Positions 20,805 to 30,540 of a stretch of 64,000 nucleotides of DNA are shown here, one piece after another. The position numbers and the translations under genes are program-made. Where the stretch lies: positions 918,936-982,935 of the forward strand of contig CBDCPZ010000025.1 in assembly GCA_965220465.1 (NCBI GenBank), read 5' to 3'. Numbering within the stretch: position 1 is the first letter of the stretch; each line of letters opens with the position of its first letter. Under the pieces are notes generated by a model that was not told the origin of the DNA, did no database searches, and saw only the letters and a list, made by a program, of their open reading frames with translations. This DNA is from Saprospiraceae bacterium. GTDB lineage: Bacteria; Bacteroidota; Bacteroidia; Chitinophagales; Saprospiraceae.

Positions 20805-21524
20805 ATGGCTCAATTAACGGATCAACAGATCATTTATATTCAGCAATATCTTGAAAACGAGGGGTTATCCTACGAGCCTTTGAAAGATGAAATATTGGAT
20901 CATTTGTGCTGCATGACTGAAACGAATATGCAGCTTGGCAACTCTTTTCACCATGCGGTTCAATTTTCTTTTTCAAACTTCCAAAAAGAAGAAATTCATG
21001 CAATTCAAAAACAAATAAAATATTCTTCAACCCGAAAAAAGCGAATTATGAAAGTAACATCATTTTTTACATTGGGCTTTTTGCTCACTTTTTCAACGAT
21101 TTATTGGGGATTTTTACAAGATCCACCTACAATTAGTCCGCTGAACGGGCAATATGAAATTTCAAGCGCTTTTGGTATGCGACATCATCCCATCCAAAAA
21201 AAGAAAAAAATGCATAAGGGAGTTGATTTCAAAGCACCGATCGGCACCCCTGTAATGGCAACTGCTGATGGCGAAGTCGTAACCGCAAAAATCACAAAAG
21301 CGGGTTATGGATACGGTAAACATATCATCATCAAACATGACGATCAATACCAAACGCTCTATGCACAGCTTTCTGAATTGGATGTGAAAGTGGGTGATAT
21401 CATCAAAAAAGGACAGATCATCGGAAAAGTAGGAAGCAGCGGTCAATCAACTGCGCCGCATTTGCATTATGAAGTCCTAAAGGATGGAACTCCTCAAAAT
21501 CCCGAAAACTATTTACGCCCTTAA
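20805..21524 (+). CDS. Membrane-anchored M23 peptidase with N-terminal PadR-partner (DUF1700/HAAS-like) helical domain
   Basis: The N-terminus (QIIYIQQYLENEGLSYEPLKDEILDHL) resembles DUF1700-type partners of PadR. A single TM helix (FFTLGFLLTFSTIYWGF) follows. The M23 motifs HKGVDF and HLHYEV are present. It lies 13 nt downstream of padR. Confidence 0.65.
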   Translation: MAQLTDQQIIYIQQYLENEGLSYEPLKDEILDHLCCMTETNMQLGNSFHHAVQFSFSNFQKEEIHAIQKQIKYSSTRKKRIMKVTSFFTLGFLLTFSTIYWGFLQDPPTISPLNGQYEISSAFGMRHHPIQKKKKMHKGVDFKAPIGTPVMATADGEVVTAKITKAGYGYGKHIIIKHDDQYQTLYAQLSELDVKVGDIIKKGQIIGKVGSSGQSTAPHLHYEVLKDGTPQNPENYLRP

Positions 21525-22519
21525 AAGTATACAGGATAAAAACGAACCTTTCCCAACGTATTAAATTCGATAGCCGGCGCCGGCACTTTTATAGTATTAA
21601 ACAGGAAAAGCAACGTTTTCAAAAAATGACTTTTAGTTTTGATACGGGTAAGATCCAAATCCACTGATAGGAAAAATTGGCTATACCTCGGATAGGTTTC
21701 ATTATCCAATTGATAAAATACATCCCCTTCGTACCATTCATTTTTAAAACCACCATATAAATTATCAGAACCATAACCAACGGCAATATTCAGCCATTTG
21801 GGAAATTTGCTTTCTTTGTTTTTCATAAAAGAATAAACATTCACGGATGCCCAAATCGTTTGTTTGTTGTAGTCTTTTAAAAATCGCTCCAACGTCGTTT
21901 CACCAAAAAGATCATAAGCACGAGTGGCCAATGTGGTCGTTTTTCCTCCATCGACCGAATAGATCGTGGTGGCAGGATAAGTTGTTGGAAAAGAAGACAT
22001 TTTCATAAAAATCCGCTGCTCTTTCCAGGCCAGTTCCTGTGAAACCATCACAACACAACCCAAGGTGTTAAAAGCCAAATCAGACATCGAAAAGCCCCAT
22101 TTGGATGAATATCCATCCAGCATTTCCAAAGAAAATTGCAGAAAAAAGCCTATCCCCGCTCCCGTCCACATTGCTTTTCGCCGCTTCATTCCTGTCCACT
22201 TAGCACCCTGAAAAGCCCAATTGCTGTAAGTGTATGCGGTGAATAAATGGCCCATTTTATCCATATTGTTCCACTCTCCCCAATCATCAAAAAGGTGAAA
22301 ACTGGAACGCTCGTAACCCGCGTACCAGGCTTCATTAAGGCCAATCATTAATCCTGTATAAGCTGTTACGCCAATTGCGGTGCTCGTCCAAAACCGTTTT
22401 TTGGAAAACGTTTCTGCAGGCTGAAAAAAAGAAATCTTCTCTGTATTCTGAGCTTTAAGTGTGCATAAAATGCTGCCAGAAATAAATAAGATTAAAAAAA
22501 TCGGTTTAAAAATTTGCAT
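21521..22519 (-). CDS. Hypothetical secreted protein (Bacteroidota-type, possibly DUF2279-like)
   Basis: A 332-aa ORF with a signal peptide and an aromatic-rich sequence ending in F. No confident family. Confidence 0.4.
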   Translation of the reverse strand: MQIFKPIFLILFISGSILCTLKAQNTEKISFFQPAETFSKKRFWTSTAIGVTAYTGLMIGLNEAWYAGYERSSFHLFDDWGEWNNMDKMGHLFTAYTYSNWAFQGAKWTGMKRRKAMWTGAGIGFFLQFSLEMLDGYSSKWGFSMSDLAFNTLGCVVMVSQELAWKEQRIFMKMSSFPTTYPATTIYSVDGGKTTTLATRAYDLFGETTLERFLKDYNKQTIWASVNVYSFMKNKESKFPKWLNIAVGYGSDNLYGGFKNEWYEGDVFYQLDNETYPRYSQFFLSVDLDLTRIKTKSHFLKTLLFLFNTIKVPAPAIEFNTLGKVRFYPVYF

Positions 22520-22578
22520 AAATGGAATGGTGAATTACGGCAAATTTAACCTATTTTTATCAATCCAACAGACCTAAT

Positions 22579-23902
22579 ATGAGAAATCAAAAAGCGATTA
22601 AATGGTTATATCAGCAAATCCCTTCGCTGGTTGAAAAAGGAGTTCTCCAGGCTGATACAGCTGAAAAATTAAAACTACATTTTGGCGAGATTGACGAAAA
22701 GCCGAATTACAACATTGCTTTTTTATTAGCAGGTACATTGGGTGCCGTGCTCATCGGAGGCGGCATTATTTTAATTTTTGCCTATAACTGGGAAAATCTT
22801 TCTATAACCTGGCGAACTATTTTTAGTTTTCTGCCACTGATTTTTCGCACAGGCAATCTACACTTTTGTTTATTTTAATAAAAGAGAATCAACAAGCTGG
22901 GTTGAAGCTTCTTCAGGTTTTTTGATGCTCATGCTGGCCTCTACGATCGCGTTGATTAGCCAGACCTACCACATTGCAGGAAGCATGGAAGGCTTTTTAT
23001 TTATATGGATGCTACTCAGCATTCCCCTGCTTTATCTGATGAATTCCAGCCTGGTTTCTCTTTTCTATCTGATAGGAATAGCAAGTTGGGCACTCAATCA
23101 ACAAGGATCAGAATCGGTTTATTATTGGGCTTTTTTATTAGCTTTTTTACCACATTTTGTAATCAATATCCGCCAAGAGCATCATACAATACGAGCCAAT
23201 CTGCTCGGCTGGAGTTTGGTCCTCACCTTTGCTTTTGCCTTTTTTGGAGTGATTGAACCGAATATTCAGGAGTTCAGCCTTTTGTGTTCTGCTTTGGTTA
23301 TTGCCAATTTTTATTTAAAAGGAGAATTGAATTTCAAAGGAGATCGATTTATTAATCGGCCATTTCAGACTGTTGCAATCAGTGTCTTGTTCATCATGTG
23401 CATGGTGCTTGGGTACAGCTGGGGAGATGAAAGTACTTCCATGGAGGTGATTATTTATGGAGATCGATATGCTTCGTGGGCAGGCTTGATAAATTTCATC
23501 TTTTTGATTGCCAATGTTTTAGGTTTTGGATATCTTTTTTACTTGTATTTAAAAGAAAGTAAATCTCCCAATTATTTTATACTCGGTTTTCCCTTTTTTA
23601 TAATTATTGGGTTAGTTTTGGCGCGGCTTAATCTTGAAACCATCGCTATCGTACTTGCAAATGCTTTTCTATTTGGTTTTGGACTTTTTTATATCAAAAC
23701 CGGCATTCAAAAACAAAGAATGGCTTTGGTAAATGTAGGAATGTTATTTATTTCTGCACTTATTATTGCCCGCTTTTTTGATACCGATTGGAGTTTTGTA
23801 ATAAAAGGAATTGCTTTCGTTTTGCTTGGGGTTGGTTTTTTGAGCGTCAATTGGGTACTTTCGCGTAAGTTACAAACCATGAAGAAAACCGAAGTCGAAT
23901 AA
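22579..23902 (+). pseudogene. DUF2157-like polytopic membrane protein gene, frameshifted (or sequencing indel) at a T5 run at ~22841-22845
   Basis: Two ORFs (22579..22878 in frame 1, 22922..23902 in frame 2) encode consecutive parts of one membrane protein. Frame 2 is open from 22841 and reads ...AQAIYTFVYFNKRESTSWVEASSGFLMLMLAS, continuing straight from ...FSFLPLIF. Confidence 0.55.
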
Positions 23903-24037
23903 CATACTCAGGAAAGATTTAAATTCTTTCGTCTTTTAATTTTCTATTTTTATATAATTATCAAAACCTGAATCACCCGAAACTGTTATCTTATCAACAT
24001 TGAAGGATAAAACTAAAAACAATAAAATCTTATTATC

Positions 24038-24853
24038 ATGAAACAAAGTAGATTAATCACATTAGGAATTATAACAATGGTGGCGCTGATATTCGTCCTG
24101 GCGTTATCAAACAGTATTTTTCTGACGATCGACCCGGGGCAGAGAGGCGTACTTTTTAAGCGATTTGGTGGCGGACTGGACAAACAGCATATTTATAAAC
24201 AAGGTTTTCATATTATCGCCCCTTGGAATACCATGTATATTTATGATGTCAGAGTCAACGAAGCTTTTGAAAAAATGACTGTACTTTCCAAAAATGGTCT
24301 GAATATTCAAGTAGACCTGTCTTATCGTTTTTTACCAGAAGCTGATAAAATAGGTTATCTCCATGATGATATTGGGACTAATTATCTGGATCGAATCATT
24401 ATTCCGGAAATTCGTTCAGCTACTCGGGAAGTCATCGGAAAATATCTTCCGGAAGAATTGTATTCCAGCAAGCGGGAAGCCATCCAGGATGAAATTTTTC
24501 AAAGAACTTCCGAATCAATTGCTGAAAAGAATATTATACTTGATGCCGTATTGATTAGAGAAGTTACTCTTCCGGAGACGCTTCAGGCTGCAATTGAAAG
24601 AAAATTGAAAGAAGAACAATCTTCGCTGGAGTACGAATTCCGTTTGGAAAGAGAAAGAAAAGAAGCAGAACGTAGAGTAATTGAAGCACAAGCGAAAGCC
24701 GACGCCAACCAGATTCTAAATGCCAGTTTGACGGACAAGATTTTGAAGGACAAAGGGATCGAAGCTACACTTGAATTAGCAAAATCTCAGAACTCAAAAG
24801 TTGTCATTGTCGGAGGCCAGGATGGTGGGTTGCCGCTGATTCTTGGAAATTAG
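24038..24853 (+). CDS. SPFH/band-7 (prohibitin/HflC-like) membrane protein
   Basis: An N-terminal TM helix is followed by an SPFH domain (IDPGQRGVLFKRFGG...) and a C-terminal coiled-coil. Confidence 0.8.
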   Translation: MKQSRLITLGIITMVALIFVLALSNSIFLTIDPGQRGVLFKRFGGGLDKQHIYKQGFHIIAPWNTMYIYDVRVNEAFEKMTVLSKNGLNIQVDLSYRFLPEADKIGYLHDDIGTNYLDRIIIPEIRSATREVIGKYLPEELYSSKREAIQDEIFQRTSESIAEKNIILDAVLIREVTLPETLQAAIERKLKEEQSSLEYEFRLERERKEAERRVIEAQAKADANQILNASLTDKILKDKGIEATLELAKSQNSKVVIVGGQDGGLPLILGN

Positions 24854-24873
24854 TTTTAAAAAAAGATTTGAAA

Positions 24874-24905
24874 AAGGCTGCCATTTTGCAGCCTTTTTCA
24901 TTTTA
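24874..24905 (+). terminator. Rho-independent terminator
   Basis: Stem aaggctgc...gcagcctt followed by TTTTCATTTT. Confidence 0.55.
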
Positions 24906-24981
24906 GATTATTCTGTTTTACCAATCACGTTTCGTCAATCAGTAAAGAAATATTAAAGTTTTATCGAAGTTTATAGTTGGT

Positions 24982-25224
24982 TTATTTGCCATTAATTCTT
25001 TTAATTTCTTTGATATTTTGTACGATTGGAGAGATGGTTACTTCTTTTTCATTTTCAACCACATAAAATATATATGAACTGTTTTGCCCAACAATTTTAA
25101 TATTTTTTGAGCTTTCGTCAGTGAAAATAATTTGATGGGTTAATTTAATCTCTCCGCTTTTTATTCGTGAACTAACCTTAGAACCGCGTCCCAATCCGAA
25201 ACCTAAAAACATGGAAAGAATCAT
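24982..25224 (-). CDS. Small hypothetical membrane protein, possibly a remnant
   Basis: An 80-aa ORF. The same frame stays open ~190 nt upstream to 25416 and encodes a hydrophobic helix (KIVLFLFIITIVGSYFEIVVFV) but contains no ATG, GTG or TTG. Confidence 0.3.
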   Translation of the reverse strand: MILSMFLGFGLGRGSKVSSRIKSGEIKLTHQIIFTDESSKNIKIVGQNSSYIFYVVENEKEVTISPIVQNIKEIKRINGK

Positions 25225-25462
25225 AAGGGCTATTAGTATTACACCTCTGTTTTCATTGGTTTCAATGTCTTTTCGGTCTAATTTTTCAACATTATATAGT
25301 TTTCTATACCATTTCTTTCCTTTAAATTTTTCACGAAACCGAGGAACAAAAACGACAATCTCAAAATAACTCCCGACAATCGTTATGATAAAAAGGAACA
25401 GAACGATTTTTCAGCTGACTAAGGTAAAATGCTGCTTAGGTTTGTATTCCTTTAATAAATAT

Positions 25463-25750
25463 TTATTGAATTAGCAGCAAAAGGGAATCCTCCTTCCCAA
25501 GTACCTGATGGCTCACTTTTTCAGGAATCTTTACAAAGTCGTGTGCTTTTAATAATTCAATCGTTCGGCCCTCTTCTTCGTAAACTGCTTTTCCGGAAAG
25601 CAACACCAGCATGGCATTTGTGCGGCTTTGGTGTTTATCAAGTATAGTCCCTTTATTAATTTTTATCAAGGTAGCAGAAGCGTTTTCTTTCAAAACTCTT
25701 TTGGTCGAAACTGGTTTTTCAGCATTTGCCAAGAAATCATGTAAGTTCAT
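25463..25750 (-). CDS. Cupin-domain protein
   Basis: A 95-aa small-barrel pattern. Last gene of a dps operon, with a 4-nt overlap with the upstream gene. Confidence 0.5.
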   Translation of the reverse strand: MNLHDFLANAEKPVSTKRVLKENASATLIKINKGTILDKHQSRTNAMLVLLSGKAVYEEEGRTIELLKAHDFVKIPEKVSHQVLGKEDSLLLLIQ

Positions 25751-26160
25751 TCAAAATAGTTTTTGTAGGTCGAAAGATAATGTTTCAATTCGTTGATGGC
25801 AAGTTCCGCTTCTTTTGGATCATTTTCATCTATTTTTTCAAACTTCCCTTTCATTGGCAGCAAATAATTATGTAGTTGATTGTGTGCTTCGCCGGTCATG
25901 GTGCATTGTTTGAAGATATTTTGAAACTCATCCTCCAGGCCTTTTCTAAGTTTTTTCCTGTCTTCTTCATTCATTGTTCCTCCCTCAAAATCAACAATAA
26001 TTGTCTGCATCTTAGCTATTCCAGTTGTCGTTTCGGAGTTTGCTTGCCAAGGTTTCCCGTTGTCCGCTTGGACGGCCACTGTTTCGCCATGATGGGATTG
26101 ATCACCGCAGGCTTGCAAAAATGCAAAGAGGAACAAAAACAAATAAATCGTATATCTCAT
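25747..26160 (-). CDS. Hypothetical lipoprotein
   Basis: Has a lipobox (FLQACGDQ) and several His residues. It lies between dps and the cupin gene. Confidence 0.45.
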   Translation of the reverse strand: MRYTIYLFLFLFAFLQACGDQSHHGETVAVQADNGKPWQANSETTTGIAKMQTIIVDFEGGTMNEEDRKKLRKGLEDEFQNIFKQCTMTGEAHNQLHNYLLPMKGKFEKIDENDPKEAELAINELKHYLSTYKNYFE

Positions 26161-26188
26161 GTCTTATTAATTTTTAAATTTAAGAGTT

Positions 26189-26668
26189 CTATTTTTTAAG
26201 AAAAGCAGAATACATCCAAACCAGTTTTTCCTGTTCGCGGATATAATCACTCATCAGGGCATTGGTACCTTCGTCGTCTGCATCGGCTGAGAGTGTAAGC
26301 AACTCTCTTTGCAGCACAATAATGGCTTTTAAGGAGTTCAAAATGTCAGAGACTGCTTTCATGCCGTCAGAAACTTCAGTGCTTTCTTTTATACCTGAAA
26401 TTTTTTCATAATCAGAGTAGCGATGATTTGGTGCATACCCGAGTGTGAGTATCCGTTCCGCTATTTCGTCAATTTTTATTAACAAATCATTGTATAATTC
26501 TTCAAATTTTAAATGCAACTCAAAAAACTTTTCCCCTTTTATATTCCAGTGATACCCTCTGGTATTTTGATAAAAGATGGAATAATTTGCCAACAAAAAA
26601 TTCAGCTTGTCAGCCAACTGTTTGGATTTTTTCAAATCAAGTCCGATTGGATTTAGTGTTTTCATCAT
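26189..26668 (-). CDS. dps: Dps-family DNA-protecting ferritin-like protein
   Basis: A 159-aa ORF whose ferroxidase-centre region (NTRGYHWNIKGEKFFELHLKFEELY) is typical of Dps. Confidence 0.85.
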   Translation of the reverse strand: MMKTLNPIGLDLKKSKQLADKLNFLLANYSIFYQNTRGYHWNIKGEKFFELHLKFEELYNDLLIKIDEIAERILTLGYAPNHRYSDYEKISGIKESTEVSDGMKAVSDILNSLKAIIVLQRELLTLSADADDEGTNALMSDYIREQEKLVWMYSAFLKK

Positions 26669-26869
26669 TTCGTTTTTTATTTTTTAAAAAGAAATCAAAC
26701 TTAAAATAGCAGTTTCTTTGAATATGATAGTCGATTTAATTATTAAATCTGCCGATCACAAAATTAGGCTACTAATTGGTCCTCAATTGTGATCCTGATC
26801 ACTTTAGGTGGTGACTTTTATCAAGAAAGAATACAATAAATTTGGAATAGATTCTAAAAAAAGAAATCA

Positions 26870-27394
26870 TTAAGGCATGACGTCTCTTGCAAACATTATG
26901 CGGGGTTTCCAATAGCTTGATTTAGATACATTTTGAACCATCACACCTTTTGATGTAGTGCTATGAATCACTTCAATTCCATCCTTGGTATTGGCGACGA
27001 TGAGCGCTACGTGATTGACATTCCCATGTTTTTTAAAAAAGAGCAAATCTCCTTTTTGAGCTTTACTCAATGAAATTTTCTTACCAGAAGTTGCCTGACC
27101 TTTCGCACTTCTTGACAAATTGATATCAAATTTTTCAAAGACATATCCTGTAAATCCTGAACAATCAAAACCTTTTGGGCTTTGACCGGCATATTTATAT
27201 TTTACACCAACATATTTTTTTGCATGCTGGGTGATTTCTTGGCGAAGCCTTTGGTCTTTGGAAGCTCCGTTTTTTGAACTTCGGTTTGTTGATTTTTCAC
27301 CGTCCGATGACGGAGGGCGATAATCAACCGTAGTACAGGAAGCAATCAAAAAAGCCAAACTTGCTAACAACATTACAGATTTTACAGCGTTCAT
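26870..27394 (-). CDS. NlpC/P60 (C40) peptidoglycan endopeptidase lipoprotein
   Basis: Has the C40 Cys motif (FDCSGFTGYVF) and catalytic His (HVALIV). A lipoprotein signal (MNAVKSVMLLASLAFLIASCTT) gives a preferred start at 27394. The longest ORF extends to 27427. Confidence 0.75.
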   Translation of the reverse strand: MNAVKSVMLLASLAFLIASCTTVDYRPPSSDGEKSTNRSSKNGASKDQRLRQEITQHAKKYVGVKYKYAGQSPKGFDCSGFTGYVFEKFDINLSRSAKGQATSGKKISLSKAQKGDLLFFKKHGNVNHVALIVANTKDGIEVIHSTTSKGVMVQNVSKSSYWKPRIMFARDVMP

Positions 27395-27607
27395 AGACAT
27401 ACAACTCATTGTGAATAAAAAAAACAACTCGTTGTCAATGGTTAGTTAATAGGGTTATTAAAAAACATAGACTTTCAGCGAGTTTAAGCGGTTAGATTTT
27501 TCTGACCGCTTTTTTATTATACTTAGCCAAAAGCTTTCTGGTTGCGTTTGAGGAAATAAAAACGCGAAAGGATAAACGATTATTATTAGCAGGAATTTCT
27601 ACAATAA

Positions 27608-28411
27608 TTAAAGCTGTTTTGAGATCTCTTTATTTTGGATTTCAAAAAGATCTCTGTCATTTAGAAATTGAAGTTTATTTCTGAATTCTTTTTGCTGCTC
27701 ATAAGAAAGTTCCAAAGTGGAAATCCCCTCTACTTTTGCTATTCGATATAAGACATTTCCGGCGAAGTCAACAATTGAAGTATCGCCGACATACGAATGT
27801 CCTGTTCCATCGCTACCTACTCGGTTTACACCAACCGTATAGGATTGATTTTCGATAGCGCGGGCTTCCAACAGTGATTTCCAGGCTTGCCTTCTTTGGT
27901 GAGGCCAGTTGGCCATAAAAATCAATAAGTCATAATTATCGGTATTCCGGCTCCAAACAGGAAACCGCAAATCATAACAAATCAAAGGGCAAATCCTCCA
28001 GCCTTTCCATTCGAAAATCAACAATCTATCTCCAGCGGTAAAGGTCAAATGTTCATCGGCAAGGGTAAAAAGATGACGTTTGTTATAATATTGAATGGTT
28101 CCATCAGGAAATACGACTACCGCCCGATTGAAATAGTTGCCATTTTCTACCACTATGAAACTTCCGATAATGGCTGCATTTATACTCGCTGCCTGTTTGA
28201 TAAGCCAACGAATCGTTTGGCCATCCACGCCTTCTGCAAGTGATTTTGCATTCATACTAAAACCAGTGGTAAACATTTCGGGGAGGACGACCAAATCCGT
28301 TGTACCGGTGAGTGCTTGCAGTTTGTGTTCAAACATTTTCAAATTAGCAGCAACATTTTCCCAGTGCAAGGAAGATTGAACTGTAGTTAATCGGAGTGTT
28401 TGCATTTTCAA
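27608..28411 (-). CDS. Nitrilase-superfamily carbon-nitrogen hydrolase (omega-amidase-like)
   Basis: Has the CN-hydrolase catalytic triad context (DLVVLPEMF; catalytic Cys in ICYDLRFPV). Confidence 0.8.
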   Translation of the reverse strand: MKMQTLRLTTVQSSLHWENVAANLKMFEHKLQALTGTTDLVVLPEMFTTGFSMNAKSLAEGVDGQTIRWLIKQAASINAAIIGSFIVVENGNYFNRAVVVFPDGTIQYYNKRHLFTLADEHLTFTAGDRLLIFEWKGWRICPLICYDLRFPVWSRNTDNYDLLIFMANWPHQRRQAWKSLLEARAIENQSYTVGVNRVGSDGTGHSYVGDTSIVDFAGNVLYRIAKVEGISTLELSYEQQKEFRNKLQFLNDRDLFEIQNKEISKQL

Positions 28412-28419
28412 TATGTTTA

Positions 28420-28460
28420 AAAATAAAAGAGACGTAAGTTAATAACTTACGTCTCTTTAT
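28420..28460 (-). terminator. Rho-independent terminator downstream of rplY
   Basis: Perfect 13-bp stem agagacgtaagtt / aacttacgtctct with an AAT loop. The minus strand reads stem followed by TTTATTTTT. Confidence 0.65.
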
Positions 28461-28506
28461 AATAGGGTTATTTTGATTAAGTGTGTGCTTAATACAATTT
28501 TTTAAA

Positions 28507-29160
28507 CTATTCTGCTGCCGGCGCATCGCCTCCTTCTGTACCTTCTGCACCTTCTTCACCTTCAACTCCTTCTTCACCTTCAGCTTCCTCTTCTTCTTCT
28601 TCAAGACTACGTAAAACACGTGGAACTTCAACAGAGCAAACTGGAATTCCTAAAGAACTCATTATTTCCATGCCATCCCCGATTTCGATATCACGTACTC
28701 TTATAGATTGCCCTAATTTTAGTGTTGAAATATCAACTAATAGTTCATCTACAAGATGTTCCGGAGTCGTTTTAATTTTAACTACCCTCATTTTTTGGTA
28801 CAATTTTCCACCAGTTTTTACTCCTGGAGCAACTCCTTTAAATCTGATTGGAAGTTCTACTTTGATGGGTTGTCCATCGACCAGTTCCAAAAAATCCATA
28901 TGAAGCAAAGCATCTGTAACGGGATGGAACTGCATATCCTTAAGAATGCATTTATATGTTTTGCCATCTATTTCGATTTCAACCAATTTGAAATCAGCAG
29001 TATAAACTAATTTTTTGAAATCAAGAACTGGGGCTGTAAAATGAATTACTTTTTCACCTCCATAAATAACGCAAGGTACATCATTAGCTTTTCGAATCAA
29101 CTTGGCTGCGCTTCCGCCAAGATTTGTTCTAATTTTTCCTTGTACTGCAACGGATTCCAT
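28507..29160 (-). CDS. rplY: 50S ribosomal protein L25 / general stress protein Ctc
   Basis: Has an L25 N-domain (VQGKIRTNLGGSAAKLIRKANDVPCVIYGG) and an acidic E/G-rich C-terminal tail. It lies downstream of prs, the conserved arrangement. Confidence 0.85.
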   Translation of the reverse strand: MESVAVQGKIRTNLGGSAAKLIRKANDVPCVIYGGEKVIHFTAPVLDFKKLVYTADFKLVEIEIDGKTYKCILKDMQFHPVTDALLHMDFLELVDGQPIKVELPIRFKGVAPGVKTGGKLYQKMRVVKIKTTPEHLVDELLVDISTLKLGQSIRVRDIEIGDGMEIMSSLGIPVCSVEVPRVLRSLEEEEEEAEGEEGVEGEEGAEGTEGGDAPAAE

Positions 29161-29319
29161 ATCTTTTTACTTTATATAAATGACCAGAAAAAAGCTTCTC
29201 TAATCGGGTTTTTATCAAAAATGCACGCAAAGATAATCATTTCTTTTTAGAAAAACAGCAAATACGAGCATTGGAATTTAAATCATTCCACATTTTTTTC
29301 TCTTTTCTTCTTATTGAAA

Positions 29320-30279
29320 TCACTTTTCAACAAAAAGTGCTGAAATAGAACGGTGTTCGTGCATATTCCGAATGGCTCTGGCAAAGAGTTTTGCAGTTGA
29401 AAGCACTTTGATCTTTGATGATTCTCTACGAAGTGGAATTGTATCGCATACGATCACTTCGTCAATCTTAGAGTTTTCAATATTTTCGTATGCTTTTCCG
29501 GAAAGAACGGGATGTGTGCATAAAACGCGAACACTTTTGGCTCCTTTTTCTATAATAATTTCCGCAGCTCTGCAAAGTGTTCCAGCCGTATCAACGATAT
29601 CGTCCACCAAAATAACATCCGCTCCTTTCACATCTCCGATAACGGTCATTCCTGCAATTTCGTTGGCTCGTTTCCGGTATTTATCACAGATCACCAAATC
29701 CCTTGCAAAATACTTGGCGTAAGTCCTTGCGCGCTTTACTCCACCGACATCCGGAGAGGCAAAAGTTACATTAGACAAATCCATTTTTTTCAAAAAAGGG
29801 ATAAAAATCGCTTCGCTTTTCAAGTGATCTACAGGAATATCAAAAAACCCTTGAATCTGATCAGCATGCAAATCCATCGTCATAATTCGATTAGCGCCTG
29901 CTGCCTGGATAATTGTAGCAATCAATTTAGCAGAGATGGGAACACGTGGTTTGTCCTTTCGATCCTGACGAGCATAACCAAAGTAGGGAATTACAGCGAC
30001 GATATATCCTGCTGAAGCCCGTTTGGCAGAATCAATCAACAATAATAACTCGAGCAAATTATCTGCAGGAGCAAAAGTCGACTGAATAAAAAACACATAG
30101 CTTCCACGAACAGACTCATTGATTACAGGTTGCATTTCGCCATCACTAAACCGTTGTAAAGTCATGTCTCCTAAAGAATAACCATAAAAATCAGCGATTC
30201 TTTCAGCGAGATATTCTGAATTGGTTCCTGAGAAAAGTTTTACGTCCACTTTGAATTTGTTTTGAAGATAAATGGCCAT
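29320..30279 (-). CDS. prs: Ribose-phosphate pyrophosphokinase
   Basis: Has the PRPP-binding motif and the VIPYFGYARQDRK region. The start is set at MAIYLQNKFKV (30279). The ORF track extends 34 codons further upstream, which has no homology support. Confidence 0.85.
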   Translation of the reverse strand: MAIYLQNKFKVDVKLFSGTNSEYLAERIADFYGYSLGDMTLQRFSDGEMQPVINESVRGSYVFFIQSTFAPADNLLELLLLIDSAKRASAGYIVAVIPYFGYARQDRKDKPRVPISAKLIATIIQAAGANRIMTMDLHADQIQGFFDIPVDHLKSEAIFIPFLKKMDLSNVTFASPDVGGVKRARTYAKYFARDLVICDKYRKRANEIAGMTVIGDVKGADVILVDDIVDTAGTLCRAAEIIIEKGAKSVRVLCTHPVLSGKAYENIENSKIDEVIVCDTIPLRRESSKIKVLSTAKLFARAIRNMHEHRSISALFVEK

Positions 30280-30540
30280 CTCGTATTCAAAATAAGCAAG
30301 GGCCGAATGAGAATCACAAAGGTAAAAAGTTTTAAAATAAAGCCCGCTATACAACAAGTTTTTAAATAAAAACTTCAATCAAATAATTTGACGATGATAC
30401 TAAAGAGTTTGTCGATGATTTGTGAAAATGTTAACATTTTTTATGATCTTTAGTGCAATTGATCGCTAAGCGTATTTAAATAAGACTTTGGGACAATAAA
30501 AAAATTATTATCAACTAATCAACCGCAACAATACAAAGCC

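Noticed and set aside
27485-27520. Hairpin aagcggt...accgctt followed by TTTTTTATT
   Set aside because: It is oriented as a plus-strand terminator, but both flanking genes are on the minus strand. It may be a bidirectional or cryptic terminator, so it is not called.
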